Shown piece by piece: positions 9,378 through 19,299 of a stretch of 64,000 nt of DNA; position 1 is the stretch's first letter, and the number at the start of each line of letters is the position of its first letter. Under the pieces are notes generated by a model. The model searched no databases. It had not been told where the DNA came from and saw only the letters and a list, made by a program, of their open reading frames with translations. This stretch comes from Candidatus Omnitrophota bacterium. Lineage in GTDB: Bacteria > Omnitrophota > Gorgyraeia > Aquiviventales > Aquiviventaceae. The translations under genes were made by a program, and so were the position numbers. The stretch spans positions 70,153 through 134,152 of the forward strand of contig JACQHR010000013.1 in the NCBI GenBank assembly GCA_016198905.1, written 5' to 3'.

Positions 9378-10301
9378 CTAGTCCACAATCGTGACATCGG
9401 TGCCGACGGGCACGATGTCGTAGAGCTCTTCGACGTCGCTGTTGGTCATCCGCACGCAGCCGGCGGTCACCTGGTGACCGATGGTGTTGGGATCGATGGA
9501 CCCGTGAATGCCGTAGCCTGGTTTGTCGATACCCAGCCAGCGCGTGCCAAGCACGTTCTCGGGACTGTCCGACGGCACGGAGGCTCCCTGCTTCCACCAC
9601 ACCGGATTCGTGAGCTTGTTGTTGATCTTGAACGTGCCCACCGGGGTGGAATTCTCTTTCCCGGTCGCGACGGGATAGAGCTTGATGAACTGGTTATCTT
9701 CGGTCAACAGCAGCTGGTTTTGGGATTTGTCGACGACGATGCTGAAGGGCCCCTTCGGGACTTTGAGTTTCTGTTGCGGACGGATCACGTCGTTCTTGAG
9801 GCCATTGGCGCGTTTGATCAGATCGATCGTCGTGTGATTGGCCGAGGCGATTTTGCCGAGCGTATCGCCGGACTTGACCTCAACGACGTGGTCCAGATCG
9901 GTCACGGTCGGTGAAAAGAGCAGCCCGACGTTGACGTTCCCCAGGCGCTGCTGCGTCTCAGGGACCAAGGGCGAATCCGTGAATGTCTCGAGCAGCTTGC
10001 GATACGTGGCGCGCGCTTCCGCCAGCTGCTGCTGCCCTTCGTAGACTCCGCCAAGCTTAAGCAGCGCGTCATCCGCAAGCGGAGAATCTGGAAATGTGGC
10101 GATGAGCTCTTCGAGGCTCGCCTGTGCATCTGCAAGATTTCCGTGTTGCTGCGCGCGGCTGGCCTGGGAGAGGAGCTGCTGAGCTTTGCCTCCAAACGGA
10201 ATCCCCCGCTGCGCCATCAAGACGAGAAGCCCGATGACCACGACCGATCCCACCCCAACAGCCGCCCCGATCAAGACCTTCTGTTTCATCCCTCTGCCCA
10301 T
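9378..10301 (-). CDS. L,D-transpeptidase with LysM and TPR-like regions
   Basis: 307 aa. N-terminal TM anchor, LysM (VKSGDTLGKIAS...QKLKVP) and YkuD catalytic motif (HGS...GHQVTAGCVRM). Confidence 0.85.
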   Translation of the reverse strand: MGRGMKQKVLIGAAVGVGSVVVIGLLVLMAQRGIPFGGKAQQLLSQASRAQQHGNLADAQASLEELIATFPDSPLADDALLKLGGVYEGQQQLAEARATYRKLLETFTDSPLVPETQQRLGNVNVGLLFSPTVTDLDHVVEVKSGDTLGKIASANHTTIDLIKRANGLKNDVIRPQQKLKVPKGPFSIVVDKSQNQLLLTEDNQFIKLYPVATGKENSTPVGTFKINNKLTNPVWWKQGASVPSDSPENVLGTRWLGIDKPGYGIHGSIDPNTIGHQVTAGCVRMTNSDVEELYDIVPVGTDVTIVD

Positions 10302-10355
10302 GCCCTCGTTGTCAGCGCTACACCGGTTGCCCCGATCGTTGCGACTCGCTGTGCC

Positions 10356-10802
10356 CTACTGCATCACCAACGCGGTCACAACGCCCACTCCCATTCCCGC
10401 AATCACCTCAAGCGGCGTGTGCCCGAGCAGCTCCTTCAACCGCTGCTCCTGAATCCGCCGTTTGAAATACATGTCCTCAATCACCTTGTTCAAGACCTGC
10501 GCCTGGCGTCCGCTCCAGCGGCGCACGCCTTGCGCATCAAAGAGGGTAATCACGGTGAAGGCGACGGCCATCGCAAAGAGGGGGGAATCGAAACCGTTGG
10601 TGAGTCCAATGGTGCAACTGAGTGCCGTGACCCCGGCCGCGTGGGTGCTGGGCATGCCTCCGGTAACCAGGAGCCAGCGGAAGTCGAAGCGTCGTAGGCG
10701 AACCACTCCGATGAAAATTTTGATGCCTTGCGCCACCAGACAGGCGGTGATCCAAGACAGAAACGCCTGGTTCGAGGCCCAGGCGCCCATCACGGACTTC
10801 AT
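10356..10802 (-). CDS. divergent PAP2 family protein (DUF212)
   Basis: 148 aa. GGMPSTHAAGVTAL and LFDAQGVRRWSGRQAQVLN blocks. Confidence 0.7.
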   Translation of the reverse strand: MKSVMGAWASNQAFLSWITACLVAQGIKIFIGVVRLRRFDFRWLLVTGGMPSTHAAGVTALSCTIGLTNGFDSPLFAMAVAFTVITLFDAQGVRRWSGRQAQVLNKVIEDMYFKRRIQEQRLKELLGHTPLEVIAGMGVGVVTALVMQ

Positions 10803-10805
10803 GCG

Positions 10806-11414
10806 TTACTGGGACTGCTGAGGCTCCAGCACGTGGACTTGCAGCCGCTTGGTCGATCCGAGCGTCGAAGTGCCGTTGCGCATCACGTAGCCGCGATTGC
10901 CGGAGGCGAGTCGCTCTTGGTCCACTTCCTTCCGCTGCTGGATGTAGGCGCGCCAGGACGCGAGACGCTGCTGCCACATCTTGTGCTTGACGTTGCGAAT
11001 GGCGAGCTTGAGTTCTTTGAGGTTACTCAGCTTCGATTCCAGCTGCTGTTTTTCCGTCGTCACCGACTCGAGCTGAGCGGACATGGAGGCATTGTGTTGA
11101 CGCAGCTGCTCATGCTCGCGCTGCAGGGTCGAGAGCTGGACCGCGGTGTCATCAAGGCGGCCCTGGAGTGTCTTGAGCTCCTGTTCCAGACTTGAGATGT
11201 TGCCCGCCTGCCCTTCCACTGTTTCCTTGGCGCTGGAAAGCTCCGTATTGAGGCGGGCGCGCTCCTCTTCCAGCTGCTGGACCTCAGCTTGAGCGTGCTT
11301 GTACGCCTCATTAATACGACGCTTCTGCTGCTCAACCGACACCGTGCGCCACAAGCTCGCCCCGAAGAGAGCGATCAGCACGACCACGATCCACCGACTT
11401 CGACGTATTGCCAT
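10806..11414 (-). CDS. membrane-anchored coiled-coil protein, hypothetical
   Basis: 202 aa. One N-terminal TM helix, then a heptad-rich Q/E/L region. Confidence 0.5.
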   Translation of the reverse strand: MAIRRSRWIVVVLIALFGASLWRTVSVEQQKRRINEAYKHAQAEVQQLEEERARLNTELSSAKETVEGQAGNISSLEQELKTLQGRLDDTAVQLSTLQREHEQLRQHNASMSAQLESVTTEKQQLESKLSNLKELKLAIRNVKHKMWQQRLASWRAYIQQRKEVDQERLASGNRGYVMRNGTSTLGSTKRLQVHVLEPQQSQ

Positions 11415-11569
11415 GGCAGGAATCTCCTTGACTGCGGAAGGCTGGTTATGTTAGGGTTTATTTTACCGTTCAGCGTCTGAAAACACAAGCGGTTTTTCCC
11501 TCCAGTTCCACCCTTCCGATATTCCGCTCTTCTTGAATCCTCAGGCGCGCGTGTCGCGGCTGCGAATCG

Positions 11570-13087
11570 ATGCTGGCTCGTGCTATCTCCTATACAACCT
11601 TAGGGTTAGAGGCGCTGCCCATTGAAGTTGAGGTGGACGCCGCCCGCGGTCTGCCCACCTTTACGATCGTGGGCTTACCGGATCAGGCCGTCAGAGAAGC
11701 CAAGGAGCGTGTCCGGTCAGCCATCATCAACAGCCAGTACCAGTTGCCTTCCTCCCGGTTCACGGTCAACCTGGCCCCCGCCGATGTGAAGAAGGCGGGC
11801 GGTGTGTTTGATCTGGCGATTGCCCTTGGATTGCTTGCAGTGTCGGGGCAAGTCGACCCGGAACGGCTGGCGTCCATCGTCGCGCTCGGCGAACTGGCAC
11901 TGGATGGCAGCGTGCGCCCCGTTCCTGGAGTGCTGCCGATTGCCCGGGCGCTGCGAGGTTGCGGCCGCCGGCTGTTCGTGCCCACTCGCAACGCGCCTGA
12001 GGCCGCCGTCGTGGACGGCGTAGAAGTGATTCCGGTAGCTTCGCTGCGGGAAGTCGTCGAAACGCTGGCGCACATCCGGACCATCGCCGCGTACCGCCAT
12101 GCGGCGAAGGAGCATGGCGACTCCGAGCGTTCCTACGATGTCGACTTCGGCGATGTGAAAGGCCAGGTGCACGCTAAGCGCGCCCTCGAAATTGCCGTCG
12201 CAGGCGGCCACCATGCGCTATTGATCGGACCACCGGGATCGGGCAAGACAATGCTCGCCCAGCGCATTCCCACCATCCAGCCGGATTTGTCGACAGAGGA
12301 TCTGCTCGAAACCACGACGATTCACAGCGTCTGCGGGCTGCTCGGCGGCGCACCGCTTCTCGCGCAACGTCCGTTTCGAGCGCCACACCATACGAGCTCC
12401 GCCATCGCGCTCGTCGGCGGCGGGCCGATCCCGAAACCCGGCGAGGTGTCGCTGGCCCATCATGGCGTGCTGTTTCTGGATGAGCTGCCTGAATTTCATC
12501 GTGACGTGCTGGACAGCCTGCGGCAGCCGCTCGAGGAAGGCGCGGTCACGATCGCCCGTGTGAAACGCTCGCTCACGTTTCCTGCCCGGTTCATGCTCGT
12601 CGCGGCGATGAACCCCTGCCCCTGCGGGTATCTGACCGATCCACGAGGCCGATGCCGATGCCCCTCGACGAAGGTCGCCGCTTACCTTGCGAAAATTTCA
12701 GGACCGCTGCTCGACCGGATTGATCTCCATGTGGACGTGCCGGCCGTTCCCTTCGATGTGCTGACGCATGCCCCAAGCGGAGAGACGTCGGCTCACATCC
12801 GGGCGCGGGTAGTCAAAGCGCAGGGGCGTCGGCGAGAGCGAGGACAACAACACACGAACTCGCAGCTGCGTTCGAAGGAGCTCAAGACGTTCTGCGAGAT
12901 GACGCCTGAGGCGGGCAGCTTGTTGAAGTCGGCGATGCGGGAGTTAACCCTGTCTGCGCGGTCTTACACGAAGATTCTGAAGATCTCACGGACGATTGCG
13001 GACCTAGCCGCCTCAGACCAGATTCTCCCTGAACATATCGCGGAAGCAATCCAGTATCGCAGTCTCGACCGTCAGCTCTGGCTCTGA
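11570..13087 (+). CDS. comM: YifB/ComM family Mg-chelatase-like AAA ATPase
   Basis: 505 aa. Lon-like N-domain, Walker A GPPGSGKT, FLDELPEF, Cys cluster CPCGY...CRC. Confidence 0.9.
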   Translation: MLARAISYTTLGLEALPIEVEVDAARGLPTFTIVGLPDQAVREAKERVRSAIINSQYQLPSSRFTVNLAPADVKKAGGVFDLAIALGLLAVSGQVDPERLASIVALGELALDGSVRPVPGVLPIARALRGCGRRLFVPTRNAPEAAVVDGVEVIPVASLREVVETLAHIRTIAAYRHAAKEHGDSERSYDVDFGDVKGQVHAKRALEIAVAGGHHALLIGPPGSGKTMLAQRIPTIQPDLSTEDLLETTTIHSVCGLLGGAPLLAQRPFRAPHHTSSAIALVGGGPIPKPGEVSLAHHGVLFLDELPEFHRDVLDSLRQPLEEGAVTIARVKRSLTFPARFMLVAAMNPCPCGYLTDPRGRCRCPSTKVAAYLAKISGPLLDRIDLHVDVPAVPFDVLTHAPSGETSAHIRARVVKAQGRRRERGQQHTNSQLRSKELKTFCEMTPEAGSLLKSAMRELTLSARSYTKILKISRTIADLAASDQILPEHIAEAIQYRSLDRQLWL

Positions 13088-13426
13088 CGATTGCCTTGGC
13101 TTGGTCCCACAACTTCCCCATCCAGCCCAAGCACCGATTGCAACCGCTCCCAATTTCCGGGTAGGCTTCAGGTTCCGCTTCTCCCAGTTGATGACGGTCT
13201 CGGGCACCACGCCGACACGCTCTGCCAGTTCTTTCACCATCAAGTGCTGATCCATACGAGCCTTTCTGATGCGCTCACCGAGCGTCTTGGGGTCTTTCGG
13301 ATACTTGGGATCAAGTTCCTTTAGGTTGATCGCTATCTCAATGGTATAGAACAGTGGCAGGCTTCCATCTCGTTTTTCCTTCTGACCAGTCGCCTTTTGG
13401 CGTTCATCTTCAACGTTAACAGCCAT
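13013..13426 (-). CDS. XRE-family helix-turn-helix protein (paralog copy 1)
   Basis: LDPKYPKDPKTLGERIRKARMDQHLMVKELAERVGVVPETVINWEKR. The last 75 nt run antisense into comM, so the 3-prime end of the call is doubtful. Confidence 0.55.
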   Translation of the reverse strand: MAVNVEDERQKATGQKEKRDGSLPLFYTIEIAINLKELDPKYPKDPKTLGERIRKARMDQHLMVKELAERVGVVPETVINWEKRNLKPTRKLGAVAIGAWAGWGSCGTKPRQSSEPELTVETAILDCFRDMFRENLV

Positions 13427-13847
13427 ATTTTCTCAGAGGCTCTGTCTCAAGCTTGTCCATCTGATGGACCCACGACGGAATCCTGAGCGGCTTGACTGAG
13501 TCTTTCTTCGTGTAGGGCTTGATGTCAAAAACTGGAGTGCCATTCCATGCATCCAAACCCTCAACCCGAAGCCGTGAGCCCCGGCGTTTCAGCAACCTTA
13601 CAACCGTCACGCCGATAGGATTCGGCCGGTGCGGTGTCCTTGTCGCCAGAAAGCCGAGCTTTGGCAGTTCCTTGAAACCCTTGGGATGAATCCTAAGCTC
13701 TGGCTTTCTTGCCTGATGTAGCCAGAACAGGACAATGATGTGAGAGAAATCCTCGATGCCTTGCAAGCCTCTTGCCCAGCGTTTGTGAATCTCAATCGTG
13801 CCACCGCGCACCCTACCTATCGGTTGAAGCACACGCCCTTGCCTCAT
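13416..13847 (-). CDS. tsaA: tRNA (t6A37-N6)-methyltransferase TrmO (TsaA/YaeB family)
   Basis: ORF 13416..13946. Start placed at MRQGRVLQPIG, after the upstream stop at 13858. RTPHRPNPIG and GTPVFDIKPY motifs. Confidence 0.75.
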   Translation of the reverse strand: MRQGRVLQPIGRVRGGTIEIHKRWARGLQGIEDFSHIIVLFWLHQARKPELRIHPKGFKELPKLGFLATRTPHRPNPIGVTVVRLLKRRGSRLRVEGLDAWNGTPVFDIKPYTKKDSVKPLRIPSWVHQMDKLETEPLRKYGC

Positions 13848-13857
13848 GCGTAAAATC

Positions 13858-15201
13858 TCAGAAACTGTATCGAATCCTGACATACACGTTGTCGTTATCT
13901 TCAAGCTGCCCGAACTCGGTCCAGTCGTGCTGGCCGAAGAAGACATTCGCGCCGACCGTCGACTTCCACTGATCAGTCATCTGCCACGTGAGCCGAGGCC
14001 GCAGATGCGCGTCGTCATCAGTCGGGGAGTAAAAGGCGAAGAAGGAGGCCTCAAGGGTCTGCATCCAGAACAGCTTGGTGATCCGACACGTCATCAGCTG
14101 CCGAAACTCATCACGCGGTACATCGCCAGACTGGAAACTGGCCTTGAACTGCGTGAAGTCCAACATCTGCTCCACAGCGTACTGAAGCCCGACGCGAAGA
14201 TCGTTCGGGAAATCCCGCTCGTAGCCCGCCAGGTACTTCATGGAGGAGTTTTCGATCAGGCGGTTCTTGCCGCTGCGATCCTCAAGGGAATCGGAGTAGC
14301 CCACTTCGCCATAGGTGATGCCACCAATCTCGGGAGCAGGACCCCGGAGGCTCGCCCCGTAGACCGCAAGCTCCGGATAGAAGAGCTCCCGAGCATCTTG
14401 GTTCTTGATGCCCATGGCTTGCTTGAAGAACCCTCGGAACGCATACCCAGCGATTTCATAGCCACCAACGGTCCGGCTGATCCGGCCGGCGATCTCGGTG
14501 TGCTTTGGCTGAAACGCCGGCTCTGTCAACAGGCGATTCGCCTCTTCTCCAGCCAACTGGCCGAGGGTCGTGTCAAAGAAGCTGAGCCGGTCTCCGGTGA
14601 TGGGGGTGTCGGGCGTAAAGAACGGAATGAGCACGAGGTCAAGTGAACCCCACGGACTAAAGAATGAGGCCTTCGCGGCATCAGAAGGCACTTTGAGATA
14701 TTCATCGTCTCTGCCGATGAAGAACGAGACAAAGTCCTTTGGAAACACATCGTTGATGAACAGCAGATCACCCGTTCCCCAGGTGAGGATCTGCCGACCC
14801 AGTTTCATATCCAGCCAGGCGAATGGGCTAGCCGAGACATGCGCTTCACGGATCTTATATCGGACGGCTTCGTCGTACTCATCAACGACCAGATCCCCTT
14901 TGTAGAAAACTTCAGGGTTCCACGAGGCCAACGGCGCTGATCGGGGCGGCTGCCAGGTAGCTTTCAATTGAAGGCGTTGCTCAAGGACGTTGAACTCGTC
15001 CTTCTGCGTACGCTCATTCCCGAGGAACTTCGGGCCATAGACCGCTTCGACAAAGCCGTGGACATCTGGAAGGTCTGCGGCACACACAGACCGCGAAAAC
15101 AACCCAAGGCCTGCAGCAGTGACGCAGAGCCCGCAGAAAAAGGCCCTGTTAGCGAACCCACTGTGTTGGCGGCCGGCGCAGGCTGCGTTCTTGAAAGACA
15201 T
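13858..15201 (-). CDS. putative outer-membrane beta-barrel protein (DUF1302-like)
   Basis: 447 aa. Signal peptide ending VCAADL, alternating beta-strand-like pattern, C-terminal YVRIRYSF with a terminal Phe. Confidence 0.55.
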   Translation of the reverse strand: MSFKNAACAGRQHSGFANRAFFCGLCVTAAGLGLFSRSVCAADLPDVHGFVEAVYGPKFLGNERTQKDEFNVLEQRLQLKATWQPPRSAPLASWNPEVFYKGDLVVDEYDEAVRYKIREAHVSASPFAWLDMKLGRQILTWGTGDLLFINDVFPKDFVSFFIGRDDEYLKVPSDAAKASFFSPWGSLDLVLIPFFTPDTPITGDRLSFFDTTLGQLAGEEANRLLTEPAFQPKHTEIAGRISRTVGGYEIAGYAFRGFFKQAMGIKNQDARELFYPELAVYGASLRGPAPEIGGITYGEVGYSDSLEDRSGKNRLIENSSMKYLAGYERDFPNDLRVGLQYAVEQMLDFTQFKASFQSGDVPRDEFRQLMTCRITKLFWMQTLEASFFAFYSPTDDDAHLRPRLTWQMTDQWKSTVGANVFFGQHDWTEFGQLEDNDNVYVRIRYSF

Positions 15202-15964
15202 CGGCTGTAAGTCCTATGTCGTGGGAGACCGCTTGCAGCGCAATCTCCGTGAACCGCTCGTTTCCAAGATCCTTCATGACCGCCTTCGTGATGGTGGGCG
15301 TGCCGTGAATCGTCTGGATCTCCTGCGTCTCATAGACCTTGTACAGCGTGCCCTGAAGATCGTAATGCTCGACTTTCAGCGGCAGGTGTGTGGCCTGATC
15401 AATCCAGAACTTCCGGTAACTGAACTCCACTCCCTCCGGTCGTTTGGGCGTACTTTTGACCACGAATGCGGCATGCTCCCCGACAGCTTCCTCGCCCACC
15501 AGCTCATGCGTATCCTCGTCAAGATCCCGGCCGGACACATCTTCATAGGTGAAATCGGAGCCGGCAAAGCTGGCGCGCTTATCAGACGTGGCAATCCGCT
15601 TGACCAAGTCAATGGCCGGGACGTAGAGCCAGCGGTCGTCATCCCGTCCAGGGTGTTTCAGGACCAGAAAACTCATCCCTTCCACATCGGCGGGCTCGTG
15701 AAAGTAGAGGTAATAGGACTGCTCACCCCCATCGGTCTGATCCAAGCGCAGCATGGTCAGATGCCGCTTGCGCACTTGGCCCTGACGGTTGACGATCCGC
15801 ATGAGCACATCTTCCCTGGCGTCCTTGCCGGCGTAGTAATAGGCGAGGAGCGTCTGCTCCATCACGGAGCGACCGCTAGGGGATTCGGCTGCCTGAGCCG
15901 CGTGAGGCCTCCACACACTGGCAGACAGCAACAGCACAAGCAGCATAGACGTGACGGGCTTCAT
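15149..15964 (-). CDS. outer membrane lipoprotein-sorting (LolA-like) protein
   Basis: ORF 15149..16177. Start placed at MKPVTSMLLVLLL (signal peptide), overlapping the MMPL stop as ATGA. WLYVPA...SDFTYEDV motif of the LolA_3-type family. Confidence 0.7.
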   Translation of the reverse strand: MKPVTSMLLVLLLSASVWRPHAAQAAESPSGRSVMEQTLLAYYYAGKDAREDVLMRIVNRQGQVRKRHLTMLRLDQTDGGEQSYYLYFHEPADVEGMSFLVLKHPGRDDDRWLYVPAIDLVKRIATSDKRASFAGSDFTYEDVSGRDLDEDTHELVGEEAVGEHAAFVVKSTPKRPEGVEFSYRKFWIDQATHLPLKVEHYDLQGTLYKVYETQEIQTIHGTPTITKAVMKDLGNERFTEIALQAVSHDIGLTADVFQERSLRRPPTQWVR

Positions 15965-18282
15965 GTAATACCCTCCCTGAGCAACACGCGTTTCAACAGC
16001 TGGATCAATGCCGGCAAGTAGATAACGCTCATAACCGAGGAGAGGATCATGACCGCCGCCATCAGAATCCCAACGGTGATATAGGGGGTCAGGTCCGCAA
16101 AGCCCATGACGGCAAACCCCAGCGCAAATAGGATGGCGTTCAGGAAGATGCCCTTGCCAGGCCGCATGACCGTCCACACGAGCGCAGCCTTCAGGTCAGG
16201 CTGCTCCCGATACCGTTGTTGGAAGCGGCCGACAAAGTGGATCGCGAAATCAATGGCCATGCCAAGGGAGAGCGTGGATAACACGGCAACCGGCATGTCG
16301 AAATCCTTGCCGACTAACCCGACGACCCCGTAGATAAGCGCGATCGTGAACAACAGCGGCAGGAAACTCACCAGCCCCCAGAGAAAGGACCGGGTCTCGA
16401 TGACCAACAGGATCAAGACGAGCACCAATCCCCAGAGAAAGCTTTGGAGCATCCCCCACAGCACCTCGTGGTTCCAGACCATGTTGAAGTCGGCGATGCC
16501 GGCAGGCTTCACGATGGCTCCATCAGGGAGGGGGTGCCGAACCAAATACGCCTTCGTGCGAGCCATCACTTGCTCCATGACCCCAGCATCCCAGCTTTTC
16601 AGCTGGAGGATGATGTTCGCCTGTTGGAGCGAGAAATCGACGACGTTATCAAGGTGGCGGGGCTTGGCGGCCGACTGCAAGAGGAACAGGTATTGGCCGG
16701 CTTCGCGGGCTGACTCCGGGATGCGCTCAAAGGCCGCGTTGTCATCGTGCAACACCCGATTGACCCGCTTGATATAGTCAGCGACGGAGATGGTCTTACC
16801 AACCAAGGGATCATGTTCCAGTTCCCGTTGGAGGCCCTCGATCTGGCGCAGCATCGCCGGCTCTCCCATCGCCCCATCTGTTTGCGCCTGGATGACCAGA
16901 TAGGCGGTGGACGTCCCACCCAGGCGCTCATTCAGTACCCGGTCAGCCGTCCTCACCACGCTGTGGAACTTGAACCAGTGCACCATGTTGTTGTTGACAT
17001 GAATGCGCGCCAAGCCGATCACGGCCATGACGAACAATCCAAGGCCTGCTAAGAGAATCCACTTCGTCCTGCGCACGCAGAACTCGCCCAGGCGCGACAG
17101 CCACTGAAACGACGCACTGCTCGTTGCTGTCTGTGGTCGTGCCATCTTCGCGATGCGTTTGTTCGACATTAGCATGAGGATGGCCGGCACCAGGGTGTAG
17201 CTCATGAGCAGAATGACTACGGTACCGAAGCCAATGACGAGGCCGAAGATCTTGACTGGAATAATGGCTCCGGTGGCCAGCGCGGCGAAGCCCACCGCCG
17301 TCGTGACATCGGAGTAGAACACCGGCGGCCCCACGACAGCCATCGTCTCCAAGACCGCCCGGCGTTTGTCGTGGACCTCGCGCATTCGGAAGGCGAATTC
17401 GTTGAAGATATGGACGGCGTCGGTGGCAATCGCCATTAGAAAGACCGGACTCATGGAGCTCATGATGTGCACGGGATACCCTAACCCAATCAAGCCGCCC
17501 AAGCTCCAGATGATGCTAATCATCGCCACACTCATGTTCGCCAGAATCACCGTCCCGCTTCGGAACATCAGCCAGAGGGCTATGCACATCACCAGCCCGG
17601 CAATCGGCGAAAAGAGCGCCATCTGCCGGAACATCTCTGCGCCAAAGGTGTCGCGGGCCACCGGATCGCCGGCGAGGTAGAACTGATCACCGCCGGGCTC
17701 CTTCGGAAGCAGGGCGCGGATCTTGTCCGCCACCGCCTTGCCATTCGCGGTGGGCTCAATGGGGATAAAGATCGCCGTGGCGGTCGCGTCAGCCGAAATC
17801 AGGCGGTTCACCAAGAGGGGGTTGCCAAGCAAGGACTCCCGAAGCTGGAGCAGCGCTCGTTCAGCTTGCGGAATGTCGCCGACGGCGGGTTTGACGACGA
17901 GCTCGCCATCCCCTGCCGTCACGTTGTCCACGCTCGTCAGGCTGTCCACATCACGCGAGATGACGCCGGGAATCCGCTGAATGGCTGGGGTCAGCACCGC
18001 GATTGTCTTAAGCGTGTGCGGATTGATCACACCCTCGGGATGGACGATGCCCAGCGCAACGACATCCGGATGCAGGGCAAACTCCCGCTCGACCTGGTCG
18101 TTGTACTGCCGGACAGGCGAGGTGGCCGGCAGCATGTGCTTGGGATCGGTATCCACGGTGATCTTCGGAAACTGCGCTCCAAAGAGCAGCGTGATCGCAA
18201 CGGTCAGGCCAACGATCAGCCGAGGATGGTCAGCAGAAAAAGCTGAAAGCAGACGGAGCCACCGCATCTCACCACCAGCCAA
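15961..18282 (-). CDS. MMPL/RND superfamily exporter
   Basis: 773 aa. Two 6-TM bundles, each preceded by a large periplasmic loop. Typical HpnN/MmpL-like architecture. Confidence 0.85.
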   Translation of the reverse strand: MAGGEMRWLRLLSAFSADHPRLIVGLTVAITLLFGAQFPKITVDTDPKHMLPATSPVRQYNDQVEREFALHPDVVALGIVHPEGVINPHTLKTIAVLTPAIQRIPGVISRDVDSLTSVDNVTAGDGELVVKPAVGDIPQAERALLQLRESLLGNPLLVNRLISADATATAIFIPIEPTANGKAVADKIRALLPKEPGGDQFYLAGDPVARDTFGAEMFRQMALFSPIAGLVMCIALWLMFRSGTVILANMSVAMISIIWSLGGLIGLGYPVHIMSSMSPVFLMAIATDAVHIFNEFAFRMREVHDKRRAVLETMAVVGPPVFYSDVTTAVGFAALATGAIIPVKIFGLVIGFGTVVILLMSYTLVPAILMLMSNKRIAKMARPQTATSSASFQWLSRLGEFCVRRTKWILLAGLGLFVMAVIGLARIHVNNNMVHWFKFHSVVRTADRVLNERLGGTSTAYLVIQAQTDGAMGEPAMLRQIEGLQRELEHDPLVGKTISVADYIKRVNRVLHDDNAAFERIPESAREAGQYLFLLQSAAKPRHLDNVVDFSLQQANIILQLKSWDAGVMEQVMARTKAYLVRHPLPDGAIVKPAGIADFNMVWNHEVLWGMLQSFLWGLVLVLILLVIETRSFLWGLVSFLPLLFTIALIYGVVGLVGKDFDMPVAVLSTLSLGMAIDFAIHFVGRFQQRYREQPDLKAALVWTVMRPGKGIFLNAILFALGFAVMGFADLTPYITVGILMAAVMILSSVMSVIYLPALIQLLKRVLLREGIT

Positions 18283-18841
18283 GCCTGAGGGGCTTCGTAA
18301 ATGCGCGGGTGCTGAACAGACCAGCCAGGGCCAGGATCAGGAGATTTGCAAGTAGAGGAAACCGACTGAAGACCTGTAATCCCAACAGAACTGTGGCGAT
18401 CATCAGAAACAGACACGTGGCTGCCAGCCGCTTGCGCAAGAGCCGAAGCGGCTTGATCTGGGCCGCAATCTCCTGCGGCACAGGATCATTCTTCACCTGG
18501 CTGAACAACTTCTCGATCCTTGGCTGGATACGTAAGTGGACGACGGACAGCAACGCCATGAGCACGAACAGCAGGAGGAGCTTCAAAACGAGGACTGGAT
18601 TCCAATTCCACCCCAGCCTCCACACAAGCCCCAGGCCTGTCAGCAGCGCGGTGAGCTGGAAGACATAGCAGCGGAGGGCGTTTTTCCCAATCATGGTCTC
18701 CATGTAGCGATCGACCTGATAGACCATCTGCGGGCTGAAGAGGGCTCGCTCGTTCACGATGATGAGCGAATAGAGCGGCGCGGCCATGAAGACGACGGTC
18801 AGGACATGCAGGAATTTCAGGACGGCGTAGACGCTCTCCAT
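18269..18841 (-). CDS. hypothetical 5-TM membrane protein
   Basis: 190 aa, hydrophobic. Overlaps the MMPL start by 14 nt and follows the ArsR gene with a 2-nt gap. Confidence 0.5.
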   Translation of the reverse strand: MESVYAVLKFLHVLTVVFMAAPLYSLIIVNERALFSPQMVYQVDRYMETMIGKNALRCYVFQLTALLTGLGLVWRLGWNWNPVLVLKLLLLFVLMALLSVVHLRIQPRIEKLFSQVKNDPVPQEIAAQIKPLRLLRKRLAATCLFLMIATVLLGLQVFSRFPLLANLLILALAGLFSTRAFTKPLRLGWW

Positions 18842-18843
18842 GG

Positions 18844-19182
18844 CTACTTCCTCCTCCCGGCTTGTTCAATCAGCCGTCCGCCTTCCGCCAACTGCTCCAG
18901 CAAGACTTCCCGCAGAATGTCACAGGCTTTCAGCATCTTGGGGTTGGCGCACCGATAGTAGATGTTGAGTCCCTCGCGCCGCGTCGCCACGATGCCACGC
19001 TGGCGGAGCACGGCTAAGTGTTGGGAGAGGTTCGCCTTGCGGAGCTTCAGGGTCTTGGCCAGCACCTGGACGGATTGCTCCCCCTGCTGCAGGGCGTTGA
19101 GCACCTTCAGCCGCGTGGGGTTCGCCATGGCCTTACAGACTTCCGCATGGAGGGTAAACAGCCGGTCTTCAATTGAACTCAT
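18844..19182 (-). CDS. ArsR/SmtB family transcriptional regulator
   Basis: 112 aa. ANPTRLKVLNAL...SVQVLAKTLKLRKANLSQHLAVLRQRGIV winged HTH. Confidence 0.85.
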   Translation of the reverse strand: MSSIEDRLFTLHAEVCKAMANPTRLKVLNALQQGEQSVQVLAKTLKLRKANLSQHLAVLRQRGIVATRREGLNIYYRCANPKMLKACDILREVLLEQLAEGGRLIEQAGRRK

Positions 19183-19207
19183 CCAACCTCCCTAATGTTG
19201 AGTAGTT

Positions 19208-19227
19208 TCGTATATTCGAATGTATTA
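19208..19227. promoter_or_regulatory. candidate ArsR operator (imperfect palindrome around ATTCGAAT)
   Basis: tcgtatattcgaatgtatta lies 26 nt upstream of the ArsR start, in an AT-rich promoter patch. It shares TATATTCG with the site at 35987. Confidence 0.35.
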
Positions 19228-19299
19228 AATCAAAAGGCGGGACCGCTGTCAATGGCTTTCCTGGCCAGCGGGGCTTAATTAACGCGACTCAAGAAGACG

